This document shows, piece by piece, positions 30,225-40,302 of a stretch of DNA of 64,000 nt. Position 1 is the stretch's first letter, and the number at the start of each line of letters is the position of its first letter. Source of the DNA: an uncultured Bacteroidales bacterium (GTDB lineage: Bacteria; Bacteroidota; Bacteroidia; Bacteroidales; UBA932); NCBI GenBank assembly GCA_944325765.1, contig CALVBH010000083.1:3064-67063 (forward strand). The letters run 5' to 3'. The notes beneath the pieces are model-generated. The model was not told the origin of the DNA. It saw only the letters and a list, made by a program, of their open reading frames with translations, and searched no databases. The position numbers were made by a program, and so were the translations under genes.

Positions 30225-30936
30225 ATAAGTTCCCCTGTCTGATGAACCTGTCATCGAGATATGTTTTCATGATTTCATTTATCAGGTCAGTGTCGCTGCC
30301 TGTCAGGATTCTGTCACCCCGGCAGAAAAAACCGGCGAGTGAACTTCCTATTTCATCTATGCCGAGCTCTGTAAGCCCCGATATGTTGGCTACCCTCTGT
30401 CTTACCGATGCGATGCCCTTCGAGGCCAGTTTCCGCGGAGAAGGAGTAAGGGCCTTCTGCATTTTCTCCAAATCCGCGTCATACAGCAGCGTCGCATGTA
30501 TGATGTTCCGGTTCCCGATGCCGTAAACGGCGCTGCCGGAAATTTTCCTGCCCGAAACGAGAATATCGTTTCTGCCGGACGGCCACGCATCGATATCCAG
30601 TCTCCGCAGAGCCAGAGCAAGGGTGGACATAAAACGGTCGAAGAGAAAAGGCCTGTCGCTGCCCGTGGTTACCGCGGACAACATCAGATTACCCATATCG
30701 GCATAAACGCAACCGCCGCCGCTTTTCCGTCTGAACATTCTTATGCCCTCCCTGCGGCAATATCCGGCATCTGCCTCGGCCTCCATATCCTGATTCCTCC
30801 CGAATATTACTGTCGGGCCCACTCTCCAGTGGAAGAAGAAGTCTTCGCTGAAATTTCTGGCAAGATATTCTTCCGCCGCCAGATAAAAGGGCAGCTGCCG
30901 TTCCCTGGAAGCATCCGGAAAGATGATATGTTCCAT
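30193..30936 (-). CDS. lplA: Lipoate--protein ligase (catalytic domain only)
   Basis: GRNQ, RRKSGGGCVYAD, RND, KISGSA, KLASKGIASVRQRV. Confidence 0.9.
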   Translation of the reverse strand: MEHIIFPDASRERQLPFYLAAEEYLARNFSEDFFFHWRVGPTVIFGRNQDMEAEADAGYCRREGIRMFRRKSGGGCVYADMGNLMLSAVTTGSDRPFLFDRFMSTLALALRRLDIDAWPSGRNDILVSGRKISGSAVYGIGNRNIIHATLLYDADLEKMQKALTPSPRKLASKGIASVRQRVANISGLTELGIDEIGSSLAGFFCRGDRILTGSDTDLINEIMKTYLDDRFIRQGNLYGNTEKNMPV

Positions 30937-30968
30937 ACACCGAATCTCTGCCCGAAGGAAACGTCCGA

Positions 30969-32063
30969 CTATCTGACCTTTATGAATTCCACAGGCTGAT
31001 CCATCACGCGGTCGAGAGGCTCCGAAACGAAGCCTATCCTGTCGAACCTGACGGTTTTCAGATCAATGCACCTGATGGTCGAATTCCAGGCCGTCCTGTA
31101 ATAGAATCTCAAAGCCTTGAGATCGGACGATGTGGTCCATTGGGTGGCGCTCGGAACATTTTCCGGAAGAGGCCCGTCGGCAGGATTATGTTCGATGCCG
31201 ACAGGTATGTCGAAGTTGTTCAGAATCTGGAAAGTTTCCTTCACTGTCTCGAATCCTGTAGCATACTGCGGCGCGGTAGCCTTGTAGAAAGCAGCCCTGA
31301 CGAATCTTGACGGCGGGGTGACGTCTCCCGGAATGCCCCTGAATCCGGTACCTGCACCGAAGGAATTCAGGATGATGCCATCGGCAAGTCTGTTCGGCCG
31401 TGCATTGCCCGGATAGAGATTCACGTAATTGTTGAGATTGGTCATCTGCCACTGGAATCCCGGGGAATTGGTCAGAACGCCGAGTTCGTTTTCATGGAAT
31501 TCGGGCCTTCCGCCGACGATTTCGAGCACCACCTGACGCCCCGAGGCATCGCCTATCCTCCAGTGGGCCGTCTGCGTATCGGCGCTCAAAGCCACGACAT
31601 GCAACTGCCCGATAGCGCCGATTACCTCATCCACGGTAGCGAAGCTGCCCAAAATCCAGGCGACAAGCTGGACGTCGACGATGGTCGATGCGCTCTGCGC
31701 GGCATCGAATTTCTCGTATGAGCCATAGCCAGGAAAGAAGAAAAGCCCAGCTGAAAGTCCGGCTTCATTCAGCCCTTCGGTGACGAACTGATCCTGCACT
31801 ACGGATATGCCGGCATAGCCGTATTTTGCTGTGAATTCCAGTCCCGGAGCGCCGGAAGGGGTCATGGCATTCTGCGTATATCCGCGCGGCACAATCACAT
31901 ACCGGCTGTCGAGATAGCTTCCTCCCCATTCGCAGGTGCGGGCCAGAACGATGGAACTGTCCCTGGATACCAGGGAAATGCCTGTACAGGCTATCGCCCT
32001 GTCAGACAGAACGGTCGCAGACAAAATGACTGCGAAGGTTATCAATTTTCGTGTCAGTTTCAT
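30969..32063 (-). CDS. Secreted choloylglycine hydrolase family protein (bile salt hydrolase / penicillin V acylase, Ntn hydrolase)
   Basis: Signal peptide then CTGI nucleophile, EGLNEAGL, LTNSP, GIPGDVTPPSRFVRA. Confidence 0.9.
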   Translation of the reverse strand: MKLTRKLITFAVILSATVLSDRAIACTGISLVSRDSSIVLARTCEWGGSYLDSRYVIVPRGYTQNAMTPSGAPGLEFTAKYGYAGISVVQDQFVTEGLNEAGLSAGLFFFPGYGSYEKFDAAQSASTIVDVQLVAWILGSFATVDEVIGAIGQLHVVALSADTQTAHWRIGDASGRQVVLEIVGGRPEFHENELGVLTNSPGFQWQMTNLNNYVNLYPGNARPNRLADGIILNSFGAGTGFRGIPGDVTPPSRFVRAAFYKATAPQYATGFETVKETFQILNNFDIPVGIEHNPADGPLPENVPSATQWTTSSDLKALRFYYRTAWNSTIRCIDLKTVRFDRIGFVSEPLDRVMDQPVEFIKVR

Positions 32064-32122
32064 AAATTTGCGGTAAATTTCGGTTTTGAAGTTACAGAGT
32101 TATCGAGAAATTAACAAGAAAA

Positions 32123-34273
32123 ATGAAAGGAATCGGATTATTTTCGGCAATATTGTTTCTGGCATCGGCATCGGGGCTTTACGCCCAGCCGGGAGTCTTC
32201 GCGGTGAGAGAGCAGGACAGTACAGGTACAAAAATGCTTACGATGGAAGAGGCCGTACTGGGATACGGACTTTATCCCGAAGATATGGAAACTGTATGGA
32301 GGCCTGACAGCGATGTCCTCAGCCGGTTCGAAAACGGCTGTCTCATCGCGGCCGACCCTGTCTCCGGGTCGGAAGAGGAAATCATATCCGGGGCGGAACT
32401 GGCGAGGATAACCGGACAGGAAAATCCCGTTTTCGTCTGCTGGATAAGCAGAAACCTGGCAGCGTTCTCCGCAGGGAACGAGACTTTCATAACAGACGTG
32501 GAAAACGGCAGGATGGAAGGCCGTTTCGCATTGCCGGAAAATGCCGCCCACCTGACTTTCAACCCGGCGGGATTCCACCCATACACGATAGGAAACAGTC
32601 TCTACTTCACGGATAACTACGGGAACTCATATCCGATAGCCGTATCGCAGGACAGGAACATCGTATACGGGCAGGCCGTGAGCAGGATGGAATTCGGCAT
32701 AACGGGAGGCATATTCCTGTCAGGATCCGGTAAAAAGACGGCATTCTACAGAAAAGACGAAAGCGCTGTCGGTACATTTCCGCTTCTCGACATAAACACC
32801 AGGACGGGCACAGGCTACGAAATCAAATACCCTATGGCGGGGATGGCATCGGAAAACGTCCGTGTGGGCATTTTCGACTTTTCATCAGGCACTACGGTAT
32901 ATCTCGACTGCAGCGAATTCGGATACGACCAGTATCTGACCGGGATTTCCTGGTCCCCGGACGAAAAGCACATCCTCGTACAGGTCCTCGACAGGAGCCA
33001 GAAGCATCTCAGGCTGAACATCTACGATGCGGTTACCGGAAATTTCGTAAAGACTGTCCTCACCGAGGACAACGACAGATTCGTGGAGCCTCAGGATCCT
33101 GTTTTCTTCCTAAAGGGAAGCAATGATGAATTCATCTACAGGACTGACAACAGGGACGGCTACAAAAGCCTTTATCTCTGCGATTTCTCCGGCAGCGTAA
33201 AAAGACTCGTGAACGCGGATGCGGATGTCTCGTATGTCGGCAACGACGGCAGGAGAGTCTTCTACACGTCCGCCGAGGTCTCTCCTGTAGAGAACCACCT
33301 TTTCAGCGTGGACATAAAATCCGGGAAGGTCAGAAGGCTGACCTTCGCCACGGGCTGGCATACTGTCAGTCTGAGTCCCGGCTGCAGATACTTTACGGAC
33401 AGTTACAGCAGTCTGTGCGTGCCAGGCGTCACGGACTTCTGTTCCACCGACGGCAGGGAAAGGGTGAACCTTCTGACAGCGCCGAACCCTGTGGACGGCT
33501 ACAGATACTGCGAAATATCCCTCGGGACGGTGAAAAGCGCCGACGGGAAATACGACAACTATTACAAGATGATAAAGCCGCTGGATTTCGACCCGTCGAA
33601 GAAATATCCGGTCATAGTCTATGTCTACGGCGGACCGCACTCGCAGCTGGTGCGCAATACCTGGCTTGCCGAAGTATGGCGGTGGGAGATGTATATGGCC
33701 CAGCAGGGCTACATCGTCTACATTCAGGACAACAGGGGCACACAGAACCGCGGAGCCGATTTTGAAAAGGCGATATACGGATGCTGCGGCAGAGAGGAAA
33801 CGGCAGACCAGATGAAAGGCATAGAAATGCTGTGCGGGCTGGACTACGTGGACAAGGACAGAATCGGTCTGCACGGATGGAGCTACGGCGGATTCATGAC
33901 CATATCCCTGGTTACCGGATACCCGGATGTCTTCAAGGCGGCTGTCGCAGGCGGACCCGTCATCGACTGGAAATGGTATGAGGTGATGTACGGCGAAAGG
34001 TATATGGGCTCGCCGGTCACGAATCCGGAAGGATATGCCGCCGCGAGCCTTATGGGAAAGTCGGAAAATCTGAAATGCAGGCTGCTGATCTGCCAGGGCG
34101 GGATTGACGACACCGTGCTGCCGGAGCACAGCCTGAGTTTTGTCCGCGAATGCGTCGTCAACCATGTACCCGTAGACTATTTCATCTATCCGTGTGCAAG
34201 GCACAATGTCCGCGGCAGCGACCGCATCCACCTTATGGACAAGGTCACCCGATATTTCGAGGATTTCCTTTAG
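32123..34273 (+). CDS. ptpA: S9 peptidase, prolyl tripeptidyl peptidase type
   Basis: EFGI.GG, GWSYGG, YEVMYGERY, DDTV and HNVRGSDRIHL match the PtpA subfamily; signal peptide present. Confidence 0.8.
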   Translation: MKGIGLFSAILFLASASGLYAQPGVFAVREQDSTGTKMLTMEEAVLGYGLYPEDMETVWRPDSDVLSRFENGCLIAADPVSGSEEEIISGAELARITGQENPVFVCWISRNLAAFSAGNETFITDVENGRMEGRFALPENAAHLTFNPAGFHPYTIGNSLYFTDNYGNSYPIAVSQDRNIVYGQAVSRMEFGITGGIFLSGSGKKTAFYRKDESAVGTFPLLDINTRTGTGYEIKYPMAGMASENVRVGIFDFSSGTTVYLDCSEFGYDQYLTGISWSPDEKHILVQVLDRSQKHLRLNIYDAVTGNFVKTVLTEDNDRFVEPQDPVFFLKGSNDEFIYRTDNRDGYKSLYLCDFSGSVKRLVNADADVSYVGNDGRRVFYTSAEVSPVENHLFSVDIKSGKVRRLTFATGWHTVSLSPGCRYFTDSYSSLCVPGVTDFCSTDGRERVNLLTAPNPVDGYRYCEISLGTVKSADGKYDNYYKMIKPLDFDPSKKYPVIVYVYGGPHSQLVRNTWLAEVWRWEMYMAQQGYIVYIQDNRGTQNRGADFEKAIYGCCGREETADQMKGIEMLCGLDYVDKDRIGLHGWSYGGFMTISLVTGYPDVFKAAVAGGPVIDWKWYEVMYGERYMGSPVTNPEGYAAASLMGKSENLKCRLLICQGGIDDTVLPEHSLSFVRECVVNHVPVDYFIYPCARHNVRGSDRIHLMDKVTRYFEDFL

Positions 34274-34501
34274 AAGGATTGCCGCTTGGATATTTGGGTA
34301 ACTCCGGTGCGTGGTTTTTCAAAAAGAAAGGCAGACTGGAGAACAATCCCGGGCCTGCCTGAAAAGAAAATATTAGAATTGAATGTGTGTGTTTTTAATG
34401 TTTTGCAAAAATTGCTCATTTTTCGTTGGAAACATATCACTGTTGCCCTGAAATATATCAGAATTTTCCTTTTTTTATTATTATTGCAAAAAATATGGGA
34501 T

Positions 34502-35356
34502 ATGTCGGATAAGGAGGAGAAATTCATCGGAATTTATGACAATTTTTCGGGCTTGCCTAAATTCAGCAGGGAGGTTTCCTCAGTAAGGAAATACCATTAC
34601 CCCGATCTGATAATAATATTGCTGTGTATCGAAGGCAGCGCCACGTACACCGTCGGATACAGGGAATTCAACATATCAGAAAATTCCTTTTTGGCGATAG
34701 CCTCCGACATTCCTTTCTACAACACCGCACGCAGCGAGAATTTCAGGACACACATATTGTCCGTCAGGACGGATACTTTCGAAAGGATAGCGGACGGACT
34801 GGTCAAGATATATTCCAGGAAGATTCTGATGGAGAGCCCGCTGCACAGGATTCCACCCGAAAAGATGAAGATGTGCTCCGATATTCTCGGCTATGTCAAG
34901 ACGCTGCAGGCGAATGCGGAGGAAAACTTCTTCAGAAACCGCATCATAAAGAACTACATAAACATCCTGTTTTTCGAAGCCTGCAACATCATGCTGCATG
35001 AACCGGGCGAAAACCGCATCAAGAACCGCAGAAAGGAAGAATTGTCGGGAATTTTCATCAAACTGCTGGAAAATCATATCCATGAAAGCAGGAAAGTGGA
35101 ATTCTATGCCGACAAGATGAGCCTGACTCCCAAATATCTGTCATCGGTAATCAAGGATACGACCGGGCGCAACGCCTCTTCCTGGATAAACGAGTTCACG
35201 GTAATAGAGGCCGGCCGTCTCCTGAGGGCCAGTACCAAAACCATCCAGGAAATCAGCTATGAACTCGGCTTCTCCACCCCGTCGCATTTCGCGAAATTCT
35301 ATCGCGATATGACTGGAATGACTCCACGCGAGACACGGCTGAAATCCAATCCGTAA
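34502..35356 (+). CDS. AraC family transcriptional regulator
   Basis: C-terminal double HTH (VEFYADKMSLTPKYLS...IQEISYELGFSTPSHFAKFYR). Start set at ATG 34502. Confidence 0.9.
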   Translation: MSDKEEKFIGIYDNFSGLPKFSREVSSVRKYHYPDLIIILLCIEGSATYTVGYREFNISENSFLAIASDIPFYNTARSENFRTHILSVRTDTFERIADGLVKIYSRKILMESPLHRIPPEKMKMCSDILGYVKTLQANAEENFFRNRIIKNYINILFFEACNIMLHEPGENRIKNRRKEELSGIFIKLLENHIHESRKVEFYADKMSLTPKYLSSVIKDTTGRNASSWINEFTVIEAGRLLRASTKTIQEISYELGFSTPSHFAKFYRDMTGMTPRETRLKSNP

Positions 35357-35375
35357 AAAAAATACAGCACCCGCA

Positions 35376-36215
35376 TTACAACCGTGCCGTTTCCGATGCG
35401 ACCCTGGCTGCGGTTTTGGCAAAGTCAGCGGTGGAGTCGGCGTAGAGAATCCCTCTGGATGAATTTATCAGAAGCCCGCCATGGTCATTGGCACCGTACT
35501 TCATCACTTCCTCCGCCGAACCGCCCTGAGCGCCGACTCCCGGAACCAGGAGGAAATTGTCAGGGCAGAATGACCTGATTTCGGACAATTTCTCGGCTTT
35601 GGTGGCACCCACGACGAACATCATATTGTCCGGAGTCGAAATGGACATCATTTCCTCCATTACCGCACGGTACAGCGGCTTGCCGTCCTTCTCCGCCAGC
35701 TGGAACTGGATGGCGGAAGCATTGGAAGTCAGGGCGAGCACTATAGCCCATTTCCCCTCGTACTCGAGGAAAGGGAGGATACTGTCATTGCCCATATACG
35801 GGGAAAGGGTCACGGCATCGAAATCCATCGTTTCGAAAAAGGCCCTCGCATATTTTCTGGCCGTATTTCCTATATCTCCCCTCTTCGCGTCGGCTATAAG
35901 GAATATTTCAGGATAAGTCGTGCGGATATACTCTACGGTCACTTCGAGAGCCTTCAGTCCGTCTTTCCCGTAACACTCGTAAAAAGCCAGATTAGGCTTG
36001 TAGGCGATGCAGTACGGTGCGGTCGCATCGATTATGGCCTTGTTGAATTCGATTATGGAACGCGTCTTGCCGCCGAAAAGCTGCCCCTTGACGGCTATCT
36101 CGGATGAAGCCAGACCTTTGATATGTTCCGGCATCTTGTCGTAATCCACGTCCAGCCCCACGCAGAGCATGGTCTTCTTCGCCTGTATCTGCCTGTATAA
36201 ATCTTCCCTGTTCAT
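35376..36215 (-). CDS. pyrF: Orotidine-5'-phosphate decarboxylase
   Basis: CVGLD, KPNLAFYE, DAKRGDIGNT, PGVGAQGG, NSSRGI. Confidence 0.97.
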   Translation of the reverse strand: MNREDLYRQIQAKKTMLCVGLDVDYDKMPEHIKGLASSEIAVKGQLFGGKTRSIIEFNKAIIDATAPYCIAYKPNLAFYECYGKDGLKALEVTVEYIRTTYPEIFLIADAKRGDIGNTARKYARAFFETMDFDAVTLSPYMGNDSILPFLEYEGKWAIVLALTSNASAIQFQLAEKDGKPLYRAVMEEMMSISTPDNMMFVVGATKAEKLSEIRSFCPDNFLLVPGVGAQGGSAEEVMKYGANDHGGLLINSSRGILYADSTADFAKTAARVASETARL

Positions 36216-36219
36216 AATA

Positions 36220-37569
36220 TTATCTATAGTATTCGTAAAACAACGTTATCGCTTCCATCCCGCGGAAAAGCTGGCTCAGAAGATAGCTCTCGTTGGGAGA
36301 ATGTATGGTATCCCGTTCCAGCCCGAAACCCATCAGAAGAGGGTCGATTCCGAGGATTTCCTGAAGGTCCGCCAGTATCGGAATGCTCCCGCCGCCCCTG
36401 CTCGGCACCGGTTCGACACCGTAAACCTCGCCGATGGCCCTGGATGCCGCCTGATATGCCGGTGAGGAAATCGGTATAAGGAAACCGTTGCCTCCGTGAT
36501 GCCTTTTTACTTCGACCCTCACATAATCCGGGGCAATGGCCATAATGTGCTTCTCGAAAAGAGAGGCAATCCTTTCGCTGTCCTGATTCGGGACCAGACG
36601 CATGGAAATCTTGGCAAACGCCTCAGACGGAATGACGGTCTTGGCGCCCTCCCCGGTATATCCGCCCCAGATGCCGTTCACGTCGAGACTCGGCCTTATG
36701 CCGGTCCTTTCAAGTGTGGAATAACCCTTTTCGCCCTTTACTTCCCTTATGTTCAGGAATTTTCTGTATTCGTCCAGGTCGAAAGGCGCTCTGGCGAGCT
36801 TTTCCCGGTCTTCGCCGGACAATTCCTCCACGTCGTCGTAAAAGCCCTCCACCGTGATTTTCCCGTCGCTGTCTATCAGGGATGAAACCATATCGCAGAG
36901 AACGTTTATCGGATTGGCCACGGCGCCTCCGTAATGTCCGGAATGCAGGTCCTTGTCGGGGCCCGTAACCTTGATTTCAAGGTACGCAAGTCCGCGCATG
37001 CCGCAGTTGATGGAAGGAACCTGTTCGGAAATCATGGTAGTGTCGGAAACGAGGATAATGTCGGCCGCCAGAAGGTCCCTGTGCTCACGGGCCCAGGCTG
37101 CAAGCGACGGGCTTCCGATTTCCTCTTCCCCCTCGAAGATGAACTTGACGTTGTGACGGAGTTTTCCGCTCCTGACCAAATACTCGAAAGCCTTTACATG
37201 CATGAAAAGCTGGCCCTTGTCGTCATTGGCACCTCTGGCATATATGGCACCGTCCCGTATTTCGGGCTCGAAAGGGTCTGATTTCCACAGTTCCACGGGA
37301 TCGGCAGGCTGGACGTCGTAATGTCCGTAGACCAGGACTGTCCCGTACTGCGGGCCGAGGCGTTTCTCTCCGAATACCACCGGATGTCCGTCAGTCGGAA
37401 AGACCGATGCGGAGTCGGCTCCCGCTTCCAGAAGCAGTTCGGCAAGCCGTGCCGCGCATTTTTCCATATCCGGGACATGTTCTGCCGCAGCGCTGACGGA
37501 GGGTATCCGCAGCAACGAGAAAAGTTCGTCGAAAAATCTGTCCTTGTTCGCTTCGATATAATGTTTCAT
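36220..37569 (-). CDS. M20 family dipeptidase
   Basis: GHYDVQP, RGANDDKG, EGEEEIGS, DLHSG, HSPNE. Confidence 0.93.
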   Translation of the reverse strand: MKHYIEANKDRFFDELFSLLRIPSVSAAAEHVPDMEKCAARLAELLLEAGADSASVFPTDGHPVVFGEKRLGPQYGTVLVYGHYDVQPADPVELWKSDPFEPEIRDGAIYARGANDDKGQLFMHVKAFEYLVRSGKLRHNVKFIFEGEEEIGSPSLAAWAREHRDLLAADIILVSDTTMISEQVPSINCGMRGLAYLEIKVTGPDKDLHSGHYGGAVANPINVLCDMVSSLIDSDGKITVEGFYDDVEELSGEDREKLARAPFDLDEYRKFLNIREVKGEKGYSTLERTGIRPSLDVNGIWGGYTGEGAKTVIPSEAFAKISMRLVPNQDSERIASLFEKHIMAIAPDYVRVEVKRHHGGNGFLIPISSPAYQAASRAIGEVYGVEPVPSRGGGSIPILADLQEILGIDPLLMGFGLERDTIHSPNESYLLSQLFRGMEAITLFYEYYR

Positions 37570-37603
37570 CTGTCGGTTTTTTGGAAACAGTCATCAGTTC
37601 CGG

Positions 37604-37657
37604 CAAAGATAGTACGTATTTTTTAAATTGAAAATTCAAAAGAGTTTGCTAAATTTG
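37604..37657. promoter_or_regulatory. Divergent -7 boxes: TATCTTTG (-, 37604-37611) and TAAATTTG (+, 37650-37657)
   Basis: TAnnTTTG consensus boxes for the dipeptidase and for glmM. Confidence 0.7.
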
Positions 37658-37700
37658 TGCGATGCAGTCTGGAACTGATATGCACTAAACACATTATACT

Positions 37701-39113
37701 ATGACACTTATCAAATCTATTTCCGGCATTCGCGGAACTATCGGAGGAACTCCGGGCGAGGCGCTTACCCCTATCGACATCGTAAAGTTCACATACGCCT
37801 ACTGCGTAAAGCTCAGGGAACGCAGGCCCAAACCCGAGGGGGAACGCTACCGCGTGGTAGTGGGCAAGGATGCGAGGATTTCCGGAGAAATGGTGGAACA
37901 GCTCGTATGCGGCTCGCTGGTTGCCTGCGGGGTCGATGTCATCAAGGCCGGTTTCGCCTCTACTCCGACGACCGAGATGGCCGTAATTTTCGAAAAGGCC
38001 GACGGAGGCATCATACTCACGGCCTCCCACAATCCGAAACAGTGGAATGCGCTGAAACTCCTGAATGAAAAAGGGGAATTCCTGAATGCGGCGGAAGGAG
38101 CCGCCATCCTCGAATGCGCTGAAAGCGATGACTTCGATTTCGCGGACGTGGATTCGATAGGTACCATAACCGAGAAGGATTTTACCCGGGCACATATAGA
38201 CGCGGTCCTGGCACTGGATGCAGTGGACGTGGAGGCCGTAAGGAAAGCCGGCTTCAAGGTAGCTCTCGATGCCGTGAATTCCGTGGGCGGCATCATCATG
38301 CCGGAACTTTTCGAAGCTCTGGGAGTGGAATGCATAAAGGTAAACTGCGAGCCTACGGGACATTTCGCGCATAATCCCGAACCGCTGCCTGCAAACCTTA
38401 CCGAACTTTGCGAAACCGTAGTCAGGGAAAAGGCCGACCTCGGAGTTTCCGTGGATCCGGACGTGGACAGGCTTGCGCTTATTTGCGAGAACGGAGAGCC
38501 GTTCGGTGAAGAATACACCCTGGTAAGCGTGGCAGACTATCTGCTGTCGCGTGAAAAGGGCGGAAGGAAACTCGCCACTTCGTCGAACCTGTCTTCATCC
38601 AGGGCATTGAGGGACGTTACGGAAAGCTATGGAGGAGAGTATTTCGCCGCTGCCGTAGGCGAAGTGAACGTCACTACGAAAATGAAGGAGTGCGGAGCGC
38701 TGATCGGAGGAGAGGGCAACGGAGGTGTAATCTACCCTGCCCTGCATTACGGGCGCGATGCCATAGTGGGAGCCGCGCTTTTCCTCACGAACCTGGCTTA
38801 CAAGAAGATGAAGGTTTCGCAGCTTCAGAAGACCTATCCTCAGTACCATATCACGAAAAACCGCATCGAACTGTCCGACAAGTCTCTGATAGACAAGATT
38901 CTGTCCGAGATGAAGAAGATTTATGCAAAGGAGGACATAAACGACATAGACGGTGTGAAAATATCGTTCGAGGCTAAAAAGGAGTGGGTACATCTGCGCA
39001 AGTCGAATACGGAGCCTATAATCCGCATCTACGCAGAGTCGGCCACGAAGGAGTCCGCCGAAAAACTGGCTTCCGAAATCAAGGCCATCGCCGAGAAGAT
39101 AATCAACGGTTAA
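37701..39113 (+). CDS. glmM: Phosphoglucosamine mutase
   Basis: SISGIRG, TASHNP, DPDVDR, GEGNGG, RKSNTEP. Confidence 0.92.
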   Translation: MTLIKSISGIRGTIGGTPGEALTPIDIVKFTYAYCVKLRERRPKPEGERYRVVVGKDARISGEMVEQLVCGSLVACGVDVIKAGFASTPTTEMAVIFEKADGGIILTASHNPKQWNALKLLNEKGEFLNAAEGAAILECAESDDFDFADVDSIGTITEKDFTRAHIDAVLALDAVDVEAVRKAGFKVALDAVNSVGGIIMPELFEALGVECIKVNCEPTGHFAHNPEPLPANLTELCETVVREKADLGVSVDPDVDRLALICENGEPFGEEYTLVSVADYLLSREKGGRKLATSSNLSSSRALRDVTESYGGEYFAAAVGEVNVTTKMKECGALIGGEGNGGVIYPALHYGRDAIVGAALFLTNLAYKKMKVSQLQKTYPQYHITKNRIELSDKSLIDKILSEMKKIYAKEDINDIDGVKISFEAKKEWVHLRKSNTEPIIRIYAESATKESAEKLASEIKAIAEKIING

Positions 39114-40174
39114 TGTTTTCATTCAGGACGACACCTATTTACGAGCAACTGGACAGGGCATTGACGGAGGGCAATGTCGGCTGTTTCTGCACCCGGAACA
39201 GCTGGGACACTGAGAAAGGACGCTTTCTTACGGACATTTTCCGCGAGCGGGGGAATCTGAAGGCCGTTTTTTCGCCAGGCGAGGCGGAACTGACCCCTCA
39301 ACCCCGCCATATCGATGTCAATAAGGAAGAGATAGAAGGGCTCAATGCCATCGTGGTAGAGATCCAGGATGCCGGTACCCGATATTTCGGGTACAGCCGG
39401 GACGTGTTCCGGCTGATGCGGACTCTGTCGGAGACGGAGTCCGCTCCGGCATTGTACATCGTGGACCATGCCAACCCGGCCGGGCGCGTGGTGGAAGGCA
39501 CGATGCCATCCACGCCGACATCCCCGGACTTGCCGAAAACGGCCCACCGCCACGGACTGACACTCGGGGAACTCGCCTTCCTTTTTTACGGGGAAATCGG
39601 GGCCAAATTTCCTCTGCACATCATTTCGGCGCAGGCCTCAGGCTCAAAGAACATCATGCCGTGGACCATTCCTCCGGCGCCCGACATTACCGGACTTTTT
39701 ACCTGCGACATGTACAGCGGAGGCGGACTGTGGACCGGGACCAGCATTACGCCGGGAATCGGGACCGCCAGGCCGTACGAATATTTCGGGGCACCGTTCA
39801 TCCGGCATGAAGCGGGAAACAGGCCTCCGGCCCCTGCCGGGGCAATGCTGCGGCCCTGCAGCTTCATCCCGGCCTTCGGGAAATACGCCGGTCAGGTCTG
39901 TTATGGGTACCAGATTATGCTGGAACCGGGATGCGAATACCACTCGCTCATGCATACGCTGCAGATTATGAGGTATTTCCGCGACAGATACTCGGCATTC
40001 GAACTCGCCGATGAATTCTATGCCGAACTCGCCGACGACACCCTGGCCGCCTACGTGGAAGGCAGGGCAGAATGGGCGGAAGTGAAAGAACACATAAAGA
40101 TCGAGGAACAGAAATGGATAAGGAAGGCGAAGAAATTCGTCCTCTACGACGATCTCCCCTACCGAATCAAATAA
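39113..40174 (+). CDS. Divergent exo-beta-N-acetylmuramidase NamZ (DUF1343/GH171) homolog
   Basis: EIQDAGTRYFGY, DHANP, RHGLTLGELA, GTARPYEYFGAPF. TAATG overlap with glmM. Confidence 0.8.
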   Translation: MFSFRTTPIYEQLDRALTEGNVGCFCTRNSWDTEKGRFLTDIFRERGNLKAVFSPGEAELTPQPRHIDVNKEEIEGLNAIVVEIQDAGTRYFGYSRDVFRLMRTLSETESAPALYIVDHANPAGRVVEGTMPSTPTSPDLPKTAHRHGLTLGELAFLFYGEIGAKFPLHIISAQASGSKNIMPWTIPPAPDITGLFTCDMYSGGGLWTGTSITPGIGTARPYEYFGAPFIRHEAGNRPPAPAGAMLRPCSFIPAFGKYAGQVCYGYQIMLEPGCEYHSLMHTLQIMRYFRDRYSAFELADEFYAELADDTLAAYVEGRAEWAEVKEHIKIEEQKWIRKAKKFVLYDDLPYRIK

Positions 40175-40302
40175 TTGCGGCATCGATGATGTCAGGGACA
40201 AAGACAGCGGCGACGGAATTGAAAATTATTGAAAAAGTATTTGCAGAACAGGAAATAATCGCTAAATTCGCGCCCTGTTTAGTTAACTAAAAAATTAAGG
40301 AA

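Noticed and set aside
30937-30968. Glycine riboswitch upstream of the gcv operon
   Set aside because: The gap is only 32 bp and contains no aptamer motifs.
34370-34500. AT-rich stretch with a TTTTGCAAAA palindrome as a mobile-element end or invertible promoter
   Set aside because: There are no long flanking inverted repeats and no recombinase; it fits an ordinary regulator promoter region.
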